Shown here: in pieces, positions 20,829-32,888 of the stretch
Layout: every line of letters starts with the position of its first letter
Numbering within the stretch: position 1 is the stretch's first letter
Origin: Oopsacas minuta
Lineage: Eukaryota > Animalia > Porifera
DNA: 64,000 nucleotides
Reading direction: 5' to 3'
Assembly (NCBI GenBank): GCA_024704765.1
Contig: JAKMXF010000311.1
Span: 62,001 to 126,000 of the forward strand
Position numbers and translations under genes: made by a program
Notes under the pieces: model-generated
What the model was told of the DNA's origin: nothing
The model's database searches: none
What the model saw: the letters and a program-made list of their open reading frames with translations, nothing else

Positions 20829-23800
20829 ATGAGTTACTTCAGTTTATGCTTTACTCTGACATGTTTGGCAATCCTATCAGCACAAATTTGGTGTGATGAA
20901 TCTATTTGCGATAGTCTGGTACAGTCTGGGAAGATGGGACTTAATAAGGGTAAGTAGATTATAGTTATAATTATATGTTATTGTAGTACATACACGTACG
21001 AGTCCATAATGGCGACTTTTGTAAATCAATCCGTGAGATGTGTGTTTAAAATCAGTTGAATTTTGCTAGTTTTTGAAATGAATTGGATGGCAAATAGAAT
21101 ATCTACCCACTATAATAATAATTGTTTTGATTTTGACAACTATCAAGGTCCTTCAGTAATTGCCAGTAATTGCCTAATTTGGTAGCCGGTTCCGCCAGCT
21201 TTGGCGTATACTGACCGATCAACTCTATCGTTCTGATGATAAAAATCATAGATATTTATTCGAATATATTCTGTATACCTATCGTTGGCCCAATTTTGAA
21301 ACCCTCTGTAATCGAATTCAAAATTGGTAAGTTTGGCACGTTTATGATTAATAATGAATAAATAATATACACATTATATTCTAGTTGACAACAGCAAATG
21401 TGGGAAGGACAACGTGTGCTGTAACATTAATCTAATACAGAACATGAAGGATATCTTCGACAAGGCAAAAGATGACGGTTACCAGAAAATACTTGTTAAG
21501 GATTTTAATCAGTTGAAGACGGAACTGCAGGGTGAGTTCATCATAGAAATAATTATTAAATAATTACAGATTTAAGAAAGCAAGATTTATTAAATGTCAA
21601 AAAGTCCATTCAACTCGGTTATACGCTGCTAATTCGGATCTAGTATCTCGCTTAGTTCGAATTTGAGCAAAAGATGCCGAAACTTTCCATACATTTGCTA
21701 TGCATACTCTCGAATATTGCATACATCGGAGAGAATATAGAAGAAATCTTATAGGAAACTCATGGTAACGAGCATTTATTATATTGATAAGTTTCCTAAA
21801 ATTATAGTTCGATTAAATGGATATGTTTTTCCTTGCGAGGAATTTGTTATTTTTAGAATGTTCCTTGGAGAGTTGACTGATTTATTTATGTTTATATTTC
21901 TCAGCTTCTCTTCAGATGAAGTGGATGTATTATGATACACAAGGGAGAGATAATTTCAACTCCCTACAGAATTCTGTCTGCGATCTAATAATGGAACAAA
22001 CAAGCGAATACGATAAATGCTCTTGCAACAATCCAGTTGTTAGGAGAGTGGTAGAAGAAAATGTAGCGATAATAACAAGAAATTACACAAAGTAAGCGTA
22101 AGATCATGATAAAATACCATGTTTGTGGTAACTTAAGCTAGGTAGTCCCTCGATACCAGACTTCCATGATGTTAGATGTAACTAAGCCACACACACATAC
22201 ACATACACATACACACATATATACTCAAGTTTTCATACTAAGTTCTAGCAAACTCAATGATTCCTTACATTCCAAACTTATGTTAAATAGCAAAAGGACA
22301 CGTGAAAAGGAATAAATCTATAGACGAATTATACTTTGTTTATTTGTATGTATAACACTGGATCTATTACAGATCTGAGTCAGTCAAGCAGTCATTGGCT
22401 CAGTGAAAGTGTTTCCAATGTAAATTTCGAAAGATAATCCAAAGTCTTGGGATTTTTTCACTACACGTGAGGAAGAATCCAAGAACTTGGAAAAAAGTAA
22501 AAAACACCACTCTGTACATAATTGGGAGGGAATTACGTTGAAAACAGTGAGGAAATAAAATTATGGGTGATTATAAATTCAATTCAATATACTTATCATT
22601 ATGGATAGTCCAAAAATACAGGATATCATAGGCGGGGGGTGTTACTCGTAGTAACCCCTTGATCATAAGTAATTTCATATGTATCGTATCATGTAGATTC
22701 ACTAAAGGACTCACAGAACTTCAAGAATTGCTCAGCAGATTATATATTCTTGGAAATGAAAGAATTGAAAATGAATTGATTGTGAGACAACTAAAAGCGA
22801 TAGTTTGCAAACAATGCAGTGGATTAAGAGAGACCATGTGTATGTCAGAATGTAATCAGTTACTAAGCTTAGGTAGGGCCTTCGAGATAAAGAAATTAGA
22901 GCTATTGGAACGTGCTGCAGTGTAAGTCACATCAATTTGTAGTTAAGTGGGTAGGTATTTGTTACATCAGGCTACAGCAATATGTCACATCTTCATGTAC
23001 GATTTCGAGGTTAAACTGACTCAGAATTCTTGGGTTTGAATTTTAAAAGCAAAATAACAATTAAATAGCATATTTGATAATTTCCAAGTTTGAGAGCCTT
23101 GCATAATGTGAGATCATGGCTTAAAATGATTAGAATATTGTTTGATTGTAGATTCATCCAAGTTAAAGTTCAGAGAGCTTCATCACAGTTAACAGAAATT
23201 AATTCGGAAAACAGCATCTCTGAACAAACTATGAAAGACATCATGACTGCAATCATACATGAAGTATCAAGACTTGATCCAGCTAATTGTGGAGATGCCT
23301 TTGAATCTCAACCCACAGGTTTGTATCTTCTTCATATATATATATTCATTGGAACCTGGCATATTAGGTGGAAAAAAACAGTCCACAAATAAGCAGATCA
23401 AGCTATTTGGACAAGAAACCATATAATAGGAGAGAACTTATAAATATAGAAAGTGAATTCACAATTGCGAACCATTTTCCTACTAGAAATAGGTTGTAAA
23501 AATATAGAAATACTCTCAGCAATATGTTGCAGTGATCTACTATTGTAATGCAACACAACAAACATTACCACATTGGAATTGTATATCCAAGTACGACCCT
23601 AATACATATAAGACGTACTAATTTCTGTCTATGGCATTTCATATGAGAATCATTTCGTTTTGGCTAATGTGAATCATAGTTTGAGGGACACGTGTCGATG
23701 GTGTATAGGAATACGTTCAATAATCATGTGCATATTTTAGATATTCAGTTAGGAGCTGGTTGTAGTGTTCTACCACCCAAATGTAATTCAGGAAACAAAG

Positions 23801-25741
23801 CCAGCTGTACACTAGCTAATTGTAAAGATGCATGTAGAGTCAACTGCTGTAACGGGAAGGCTAGCACCAAGTGTACTATACCTACTTGCAAAAGTTGTAA
23901 AAACCCTACTGAAACAGAGAATTGCAATTCAAATACTGCTAGCCAATGTAAGTTATCTGATAGCTAGCTATAATTCGCTTGGCATGCTCGTATTCATACA
24001 ACATTGCTACACCGTGTATAGTGGGCTTAATGATATATTCAGCACCATGCCAACATAAATAATGTTATATTAGGTGCAGGAATTAGCGAGCAAAGGAATG
24101 AGCAGGATATGAACAGTGGAATAGATTCTATAGATATAGAAGTTTATAACAGTAGTGTAATCCCTCAAGGTAAGATAAATGATATTACTATTAAGACCAG
24201 TTTCTTACAAAGTGAAATATACATTAGAACTTCTATAAGTGAGTAATGGGGAATGAGGCATACTTGAAAGATAATTATGCCCCACACCATTGAAATTTAC
24301 CTCTTTAGGTGTTGAATTCTATGATAAATTTCTTGAATTATAAATTTTCGTGATAAATTTGGAAAAACACATATTTATCGCTAGTTCGCTATGATGACTT
24401 GAATTCTTTGGGTTTCTCAGAAAAAAATATACATTGTAATAATCAAATATCATTGAAAAACAGTCGTTTGAGGAAGTGGCAGTATATATTGACCAAAAAT
24501 ATCTGGTTTGAGGACATTAGCAGTTAAAAGTATAAATGGAGGATAGGGGGTATCAGGAGACTCGCCGTCCCGACCTCTACAGTACTAGATAAATGTTATT
24601 AAACTATGCCTTATCTGGAATATTACTGTGCTATACATTCTTTAGATATTCAGTTAGGAGCTGGTTGTAGTGTTCTACCACCCAAATGTAATTCAGGAAA
24701 CAAAGCCAGCTGTACATTAGCTAATTGTAAAGATGCATGTAGAGTCAACTGCTGTAACGGGAAGGCTAGTACCAAGTGTACTATACCTACTTGCAAAAGT
24801 TGTAAAAACCCTACTGAAACAGAGAATTGCAATTCAAATACTGCTAGCCAATGTAAGTTATCTGATAGCTTGATTCAGCTGGCAAAGACTTCGGGAAATC
24901 GTTCCATGCAAATAGTGTATATACCTATAGGAGTTGAAATTGAAACGCGTCTATGAGGTGGGTATGGGCGGGAACAAAAACCTAAAGGGCAATCGATTAT
25001 GGTGATTGGATGATAGTGTAGGAGCCAAAATATACGCATAGATAGAGTCTGAAATTCCACATTCTTCCCATCAAATTTACTACGATAATTAATGCATTAA
25101 TAAATTTCAATAATATTTATTCCATAAACAGCTAATACGTATATAACCAGGATATGACTGTAATTTAGGTGCAGGAATAGAAGAACAGATGAATGAGCTG
25201 AATGTTGAAAATATAATGAATATAATATACAAAATAAGGAATCAGATAGAAACATCAAAGAAGAATATAGGAATGGATGGTAAGCATTACATTATCGCAT
25301 TAAACATTTCATTCGAAATCGGCAAAGTTTGACGCTTTGGTGCATGGCAAATATGCAAAATAACCCAATAGGGCAATTTCCCTGAGATAAACACCTTAAT
25401 ATCGGAGATTTTGCATGGTAAGCAACATACAATCTTTGTCCAGTATGTTCATTATATCCATGAAAAAGTCAAATCTTACGGCAAAATATACACACATAAA
25501 CTATAGAACTTTAACATATACACCCTTAAGTATTTATATATTCACAATCAACTTCATAGGTAGATATATTTGCCAACAACTAATGGATACATTCGAGAAT
25601 ATACACCTAATTACAGAATGTGAAGATGAAAAAATGGGAGATTACTTCTATGGGTATATGAATGAAGTTTTCAATGACGAACAGATGGAACAGTATTTTG
25701 GTGATAAAGAACTCGATAAATTACTAAATAATATATTTTAA
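20829..25741 (+). CDS. Uncharacterised secreted multi-exon protein with two 12-Cys modules (~618 aa if exon 21570-21764 is skipped)
   Basis: Hand-built GT-AG chain with compatible phases: 20829-20950 (signal-peptide-like MSYFSLCFTLTCLAILSAQIWC), 20987-21039, 21070-21147, 21252-21326, 21385-21531, [21570-21764 with 3 TAG], 21905-22091, 22697-22921, 23152-23318, 23741-23947, 24074-24169, 24646-24852, 25169-25279, 25560-25741. No recognisable family. Exons 2-3 are the least certain. Confidence 0.6.
22188..22223. repeat. (CA)n/(CACATA)n microsatellite
   Basis: cacacacacatacacatacacatacacacatatata. Confidence 0.85.
23741..24870 (+). repeat. Near-identical 207-bp exon duplication (23741-23947 and 24646-24852)
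   Basis: Only two differences seen, both synonymous (CTA/TTA, AGC/AGT). Identity extends ~18 nt into the downstream intron (GTAAGTTATCTGATAGCT) and then stops. Confidence 0.95.
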
Positions 25742-26203
25742 TTTGATTTTTTAGGTTACAGGTAACTTGGCGAGTTTTCTAATTATTTAAGAAATAGCAT
25801 GCGCTAAGTTGCAAGAAGCATGCGAATATATATATTTATTATAAACTCTTTTCTATTTTGTGTGATTTTGATATGTAATTACAAATATTTGACCCTGATT
25901 ACCATTTGAACCTAATCCTTTGGGAATTTCTAATTTTTTAAGTAAAAGATTGGCTGCTACCTCTAGCTCCATGTGGAATTCATATAAATGCAGTCTCCGC
26001 CTCAAAACCTAGGGAGTCCAGACCCTCCAGGTACCCAAACTTGGAGCTTATGCTAAGCAAGATAGGCTAGATGCCCAAAGGGCAATATTTGGTTGATCAG
26101 AACTGTATAATATCTTATACAAATATGACAGAATAAATATACATTTAAGTGTAGAATATGTCATTCTTGAAAATAGAAATTATATACAAATTAGACATTC
26201 TTG

Positions 26204-26386
26204 TTAAGTTATGAAATATCCTATCTCAATAGCATTTGAATGTATTTGAATCATCCTACATTCATCACAATCCTTTCTACCTTCCGCTAGCTTTATTGTT
26301 AATTCTCTATAGACTTCTAGTAATCGAGTATTCTCGATTTCAAGTAATTGTGCTTCATTTTCCAAATGTTCAGCTTCTGACGACAT
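26204..26386 (-). CDS. Small coiled-coil-like ORF, possibly the first exon of an unidentified gene
   Basis: MSSEAEHLENEAQLLEIENTRLLEVYRELTIKLAEGRKDC has heptad, Glu/Leu-rich character. Downstream exons not resolved. Confidence 0.3.
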   Translation of the reverse strand: MSSEAEHLENEAQLLEIENTRLLEVYRELTIKLAEGRKDCDECRMIQIHSNAIEIGYFIT

Positions 26387-26912
26387 TATAAAGTTAGTAT
26401 TCTAAGCTAAAAAATTAATATAGCATTTATAGATGGAAATAATATTTAATGAAATAATACCAAAAAACTAACCAAATACAATGCAAAACAAACAATTTTG
26501 AGATTATAACATCAAATGGCAAGCAGATATAATAGATAAATTTGTACCAATTATATTGGAATTCACTGATTACGGTTATTAACAACCTATAATTTGCACG
26601 AATTCCCTTATTATCACGCAAACCTAGTAGAACTATTTCCAATAAAAATGAACCATGTAATCGGAAAACTTGCTTATGGAGAAATAATATAGCTATATTT
26701 ATATTGGACTAATTAGAGCAATTCCTAACAGTAAACACAATTATGCCAATGCAACCACGATTATCCAATGTTTTTGACCAGTCCGAATGAGATCGGATAA
26801 TTGAAGGTGTACTTCAGCTATTATGTTGAAGGCTCCTGCACATTTAACAATTATTAAGACAGAAAATTGCTAGAAAAATATGAAAAATCACCTATTAAAA
26901 GAATTCTAAATT

Positions 26913-29564
26913 CTATTTCGTATCCGATTTTGATAACTTCTTTAATTGAGAAACGTAATCCACAATTGAGAAATCTTGAATTAACTTATCTACCCTAGCC
27001 ATATGTCTCTGAGAATAAGGGTGAATAGCCTCCATATGATTCCTAATATTATCAATTTCCTTCAGTTTTTCATTTGGAATTGAACGGAAGATTATATTCA
27101 GAGTTATTTGGGCAATTAAGTAGAATTTACTATTTGTGTTCCATTTGACTATATGAGGGAATAACATTGATAATTCTGATAACTCCAATGAAAGTATTAT
27201 GCGAGTGAGAACTGGCTCATAATCTTGAGCTTCGATTATTTTTTCTAAAATTAAGTAGAGTTTACGCGGCATGTCAAGGGCCAATTTCACAGCTTTTTCA
27301 TAATTTTTCACTTGAAGTAAGTTTTCGAGATCCTGTTCTCGAATCAATAAGTCTTTCTCTTTTTGTAAACGTATTTCCTCATTCTCAACAGTCATATCAT
27401 ACAAAACATGCACATTAGAATCTGAACTCCCTGTAATTAAGTATTTCCCATCTTCCAATGTTAGGAGACCCCAGATTTTATCTTTATGAATATCTAAAGT
27501 CAAATCGCAGGACATTGATTTAATATTCCAAACTTTAAGGATACCTTCACTCGCACAAGAAACCAACTGTGTTCCTTTCGTTATGAAATCTATCTGCAAA
27601 ATACCGGAAGTATGGCCTTGGAATGTACGCATGCAATCGAAATCAGAAATATTCCATACTCGAATCATTGTGTCAATTGATGCAGTAGCTAGACACTGAT
27701 CAAATGGAGAGAATTTCACACACCAAATGCCTTTCTTATGTCCTGACAAAGTAGTGATCTCTTCGCCATTAGAAACATTCCATATTTTAGCCGTTTTGTC
27801 TTTCGAACCAGTAGCTATGTATCGGTCATTCGGTGCTACATCAACTGTGTTAATTTCCTTAGAATGCCCACCTCGTGTCCAATGTGTAGTAATCTTTATA
27901 ACTTTCTCATAGGGTTCAACTAACTCGGATAAATTCCATACTTTAAGCGTCATATCTTGACCTGTACTGACTACGAAATCATTGGCTAGTTTAGAAAATG
28001 CTACTGCATTAACATTATGTGCATGGCCTTTTCCTATTGCTACTTTCGCCCAACTTTCACCTATCATTTGCCAGATAAGAATTGTTTGGTCTTTACTGCC
28101 GGACACGAAACGATCACCATTACAGTTTCCGTCAACACACAGTACCAAATCTTTATGGCCATCTAACATTGTTGGCTTTCCAAATTGGCCAAATTCCTCA
28201 GAAAGTGGTTGATAGATTCTAATCACTTCACTGTTAGCTGCAATTATGAGTTGATTGTCTTTTAGTAATGATAAACTCAAAATTTCATCATTACAACCTA
28301 CAAGGTAATCAGAAACAGAAAAGTCCTTGATATCAATGCAATGAATCGACTGTTCATGGTTTACTATGTATACATTTCGTTCAGCAACATAGAGCTGAGA
28401 GATTGATAAAGAAGCTGGTGGGTCAGTTCGCGATTCCGAAGACTCAAAGATTCTGCCATATGGCAATATCCTAGAAGTATTCTTCCATTTGATAGGGTCA
28501 ACTACAAAAATTTCACCGCGAAAAGATGCAGCGAATAGATATAATAAACCTTCTTCTGTAGTAGACATGCATAATAGTTCTAGACTCTGTTGAAGTGTGA
28601 TTAACCGCGTTTTGTAGTCTGCTGTTGTGTCTTTCGATATATCCCATTCAATTATAACACCATCTCTACCTGATGTATAAAGCAGATTGGGGGAACTAAG
28701 ATGAAAAGTGATGTCTGTCAACAGATTGAGGTGACCCTCCAGCTTTCCTAAAATAGATAAGAATATACAAATCAGTTCATACAAATATGGAAGTATTTGA
28801 ATCGGAATTACATGGATTTTAGTGATGTAATTAATTAAGTAAAAGTAGAAATTATGAGTAATAATACTCTACTCAACGTGATTGCAATGTCGGCGAGAAA
28901 TTCAACATTTGAAATTACCTATCTTTAGTATCTTTCCTCCATTTTCATTATACCTCCAGATAGCCAATTCTCTGGATGAACCCCATGTGAACAAGTGAAA
29001 CCAGTCAGGATGTGGATGCCAACGCACAACATGACTAAGACTCCCAAGAAGTGTGTTATGTGCTGCAGGTTTATAATGACCATTTTTAATCTCCCAAATT
29101 CTCAACTTATGGTCGCTATGTGTTGAAGCTAGGAGATTACGGCCTTTCGCGTAATCAAGCGATAACACAAAGCAGTCATGAACTTTCCATGATTTTATAG
29201 CTTTGTCATCTTCTCCATTGTAATGACGAATAAGTGAACTCTGCCAACCAGAAAATATTTGTATTCTGGCCATCCCTGGAATGTCTTCATTCTCATCTAT
29301 ACATAGAGATAGTAGTGCATCTTGAAATTCTTGTATTTTACTCAATACAAAACCATTACTATCAACAATAGTAAAACCGTTTTGGAAAGGACAAATTAGA
29401 AACTGTCCATCCTTGGTATGTGCTAGTCTTCCTCCTGCTCCTCTTGATTTAGGTGAAAAGAAAGGTTTTATGCTATGTTTCACTTCGTATACATTCTTTA
29501 AATGTAGAGTTTCTCCAGTTGGAGTTTTGAAATAACGAATTGGCTTTTCGTTAAAATTAGCCAT
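26913..29564 (-). CDS. TBL3: Transducin beta-like protein 3 / U3 snoRNA-associated Utp13; 2 exons (29564-28919, 28747-26913), 826 aa
   Basis: Tandem WD40 repeats (GHKDLV, GHSKEIN, GHKKGIW, GHTSGI) plus the Utp13 C-terminal domain (EQDLENL, WNTNSK, PYSQRHMARVD). One 171-nt GT-AG intron joins ORFs 28902-29564 and 26913-28784 in frame. Confidence 0.93.
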
Positions 29565-29941
29565 CTTCTGTAAGTTAGGTAAAACAATTCAAATTCGTAT
29601 ATAATATGGCCATATTTAAAGATATGAACTAATTATGAAACATTCAATTTTCAGAAAGTTGGATAGAACATACATATATGATCAATTTGGATATGGAGCG
29701 TTTAACTCACAAAAATTAGCGATAATATAAATTTCTTAAAATACATGCTCAGCTCAGGGGTAGCACAATAAGCATAGTATAGCAGGTATGGCGAGTGTTG
29801 TATCATTATTGAAATGAATCATCACTAAAATTGAATGCCTTTGTCATAATGCTTGAGCTAATTCTCAGTCGATAGCATTCATTAGTAGTGCAATGACGTT
29901 ATCAGAACAAATCATATATATATATAGTAGGGCCGGGCTCG

Positions 29942-30190
29942 CGGGTGTCATATAGAATGTTCCCTCTATAGTAGTTTTCCCAGGGAAGTTTGCGGTAGTA
30001 TAGTGATTTTCCCTCCTCATACCGAAAAATGCATTGGACAACATAGGGGCCAGCCTGACGCTAATTCCAAACATCATGCTCACTAAGTTAAAGCGGCACT
30101 TACAAACCCTAGGACAACAATAAGGGAAGGATTACTACAGTAATTTTACTGGGCGGAGGAAATAATAGAGGGAGTACTATACGACACCGG
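29942..30190. mobile_element. MITE-like element with imperfect TIRs
   Basis: GGTGTCATATAG..TCCCTCTAT at the left end mirrors ATAGAGGGAGTACTATACGACACCGG at the right end. Confidence 0.5.
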
Positions 30191-30478
30191 CACAGCCTTT
30201 CAGAAGTCGCACGGCCCATATCACATTCGGATGTGACGCCCTTAATGCTGTCTCATCTTGCAATTTCCAATTAAATATAAACTATACCCATAGGAACTCA
30301 ACATGCTTATCACTAGTTCATAATATCATTACAAATACATAAAATTTGATAAAAGATACCAGACAAATCAAAGATTAAATATTCATGCAATTTACATAAT
30401 AATTATTGCAAAAAAAACAACAAGTATAAATAGATTGACTAATTAAGAAATTATTAGAATCAGATAAAAAATTGAAAA

Positions 30479-32725
30479 CTAGAGAAAATCCACAAAATGA
30501 CCAGGAGGCAATTTCTCTAACGATTTACTACTGATTATATTAATGTTAATAGTCGTAGCGGGTGTATTTGGGGTTTCATCAACACAGGGATTGGAAGGAG
30601 TAAGTGGTGCCTGGATGGGGGTAGATGGAGTAGATTGAAGGAATGGTGATGGTGGTACAGATAGGGTAGCAGGCTGTTGCTGTGTTATTTGAGGACCATA
30701 TGAGAAAGCTGGGTAAACGACTGGACTAGGTGGTGAAAAATTGAATTGTTCAGGGAAACACTGTATCGTTGGAGATACGCTTGGCGTTTGGACAAAAGCT
30801 ATAGGTTGATGAACTGGTATGTAGGAAGGAGATACATTGGTTACAGGGAGGTAGGCAATAGGATGTGTTTGCAAAGGCTGTGGAGGTGCGTATGCTGAAC
30901 TCAATGCAGGTGATGGTAAAACACCATATGAATACTGTATGGATGCATCAGCACTATGACTACGCTCCCGGGTGTGTGCTACAGGTGGTTGTAACAGTTG
31001 ACTCACCATGGGTTGCTGTACAGGAATTAGATTGTCAATTGAAACTGATTTTGATGGGGGATGAGTACTTGATATATCATATGCGGTATTTGTTGAGTTA
31101 TGCTTTGGTGTCGGCGCTTTTACAGTTTCAGGTGTTACTTCAATGACTGGCATGCTAACTGATTGACAATACAAACTTTTCGCATCGTTAGCCTGTTGTT
31201 TAGCCTGTACTTCAGTGTACAGGGTTTGATCCTTGTGCGGTCTTAGCATTGGTATTTCGCTCAGAACGCTTTCCTCAAAACCACCTTCAAATGGCGATCC
31301 AATGCTCCTTCTTTGGAAAGCGAATTCTTGACGTTGTGGAAGGGCAATCTGCATTAGCTCTGGTAAGGGTTGATATGGCTGAGAACGGAAATTCTCTCTA
31401 CGGGGAGGGATTGGAGGGGAAATTTCATGGGGGGCTGAGAATTTTCTAGAACGTCCAGAACAACACTTACGGTAACAAATACCACAACCACATACACATA
31501 AACATATAATAAGAATTGTCATAATAACTCCGCTTCCAGGAAATACGAGAAAGTAAAGGTAATTTGGAAATTCTAGAATAGGGAAAGCTGTCAGCACATT
31601 TGTAATTATCGAAGGAGTAGCAATTGTTTTAATTGGTGTCTGGGATGATGAGACTGTAGTGTTTGGATATATGGCAGGTGATGTTTGAGTAATTTCAACT
31701 TGTATGACAGTCAAATTGAGTATCAACATTGATGCTCTGAAATATCCATGTTGGATAGCACAGAAAAAACTGCCAGAATTATTGATTGTGAGTTTGTTAA
31801 TCATTGGAAAAATACTCTGATCGTTTGAATTATAAAATACCATTTCAAAGATAGATGGTGGTGGAAATATAATTGTCAATACGAATTCTTGACAATATTC
31901 AGCCAAACTCAAAGACTCACCAACATTTTTAGATATATTTTTGTGTTGGAATACAGTGCCTGTGGTGGATATTATATATTCACTTTCACGGAAGAAAGAA
32001 CCACTTACAGGGACGATTTGACATTGAAATTTTTCTTGTGTATTTGCAACCAAACCATTAGTAGTCAACGGTGGAGCGAAGTATAAATCTATGTCCGGCG
32101 TTTCAAAGGAAACTCTTGGAATATTCTCAATACAAACAGAATTCGTGTTACAAATGCATAAATAGTATCGGCTCTTTTCAATAGGGCATTTTATATTGAG
32201 ATCTATACTATTCGGAGGTAATGTAATTGAAAATATCGCATCTAATACTTTAGGAATATACTCGATAACAATATTTCTAGTCGTATTGCAACCTCCAATA
32301 TTACATGTGTATTCACCAGAAGATTGTGGATATACTGATTCAACGTAAATCTCCCATCTATCAAAATCAATACGTTTTACATCCAAGCTAATAGGTTGAG
32401 TGACTGTAACGATTTTATCGATTTCTAAAGCAGTATCATCAAATGGTAGAGAATATGAGTGTTCTATGTTATCGAATATAATGTCAAATGAATCGATAAG
32501 TTCACCAGCAGCTCCAATGCTTTGCAAATTCCTAAGAGATATCGTACAGAATATAGTCCTGCTGGATGGGTTTAATGGGTCATAATCTATATACTCCATT
32601 GACCAGGTGATTGTATATAAAGAGCATTGTAGGAGAGAATATGATCGGGGAATTTGGACAAGTAAAATGATGGTTATAATAACCTGTAGTGATGCTGTAA
32701 GTTGTAAGAGATTGGGTTGCTTCAT
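30479..32725 (-). CDS. Single-pass type I membrane protein with Ig-like ectodomain and Pro/Tyr-rich cytoplasmic tail (~748 aa from ATG 32725)
   Basis: Signal-peptide-like MKQPNLLQLTASLQVIITIILLVQIPRSYS, Ig-type motifs SSGEYTC and NSGSFFC, a Thr/Ser-rich stalk, TM segment FLVFPGSGVIMTILIICLCVCGCGICY and a long Pro-rich tail. The ORF track starts upstream at a TTG. Confidence 0.75.
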   Translation of the reverse strand: MKQPNLLQLTASLQVIITIILLVQIPRSYSLLQCSLYTITWSMEYIDYDPLNPSSRTIFCTISLRNLQSIGAAGELIDSFDIIFDNIEHSYSLPFDDTALEIDKIVTVTQPISLDVKRIDFDRWEIYVESVYPQSSGEYTCNIGGCNTTRNIVIEYIPKVLDAIFSITLPPNSIDLNIKCPIEKSRYYLCICNTNSVCIENIPRVSFETPDIDLYFAPPLTTNGLVANTQEKFQCQIVPVSGSFFRESEYIISTTGTVFQHKNISKNVGESLSLAEYCQEFVLTIIFPPPSIFEMVFYNSNDQSIFPMINKLTINNSGSFFCAIQHGYFRASMLILNLTVIQVEITQTSPAIYPNTTVSSSQTPIKTIATPSIITNVLTAFPILEFPNYLYFLVFPGSGVIMTILIICLCVCGCGICYRKCCSGRSRKFSAPHEISPPIPPRRENFRSQPYQPLPELMQIALPQRQEFAFQRRSIGSPFEGGFEESVLSEIPMLRPHKDQTLYTEVQAKQQANDAKSLYCQSVSMPVIEVTPETVKAPTPKHNSTNTAYDISSTHPPSKSVSIDNLIPVQQPMVSQLLQPPVAHTRERSHSADASIQYSYGVLPSPALSSAYAPPQPLQTHPIAYLPVTNVSPSYIPVHQPIAFVQTPSVSPTIQCFPEQFNFSPPSPVVYPAFSYGPQITQQQPATLSVPPSPFLQSTPSTPIQAPLTPSNPCVDETPNTPATTININIISSKSLEKLPPGHFVDFL

Positions 32726-32888
32726 GATTGTTCCTAAGGGGAGGATTCTAAAATATACAAAAATAGAATATACGTCAATGTTTTCAAATGTTGGATAAAA
32801 ATCGCTATCACAGAGATAACTTCGGCTTAGAAGCAATTATACGAGAAGATGCCTGATGCAAAAATAGCTCATTATCTCCCGAGTTTAA

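Noticed and set aside
21570-21764. Genome-wide TAG reassignment (non-standard genetic code)
   Set aside because: TAG terminates WRN (5907) and TBL3 (26913) at sensible C-termini, and the long ORFs contain no internal TAG.
22373-22419. Possible extra exon in the secreted gene
   Set aside because: Has AG/GT boundaries, but 47 nt breaks the phase and gives TGA in the required frame; the flanking exons join in frame without it.
23741-23947. Assignment of the Cys module to the CXC/tesmin or metallothionein families
   Set aside because: The C-x2-C-x-N ending is similar, but the C-x-C motifs are absent and the signal peptide points to an extracellular context; left unassigned.
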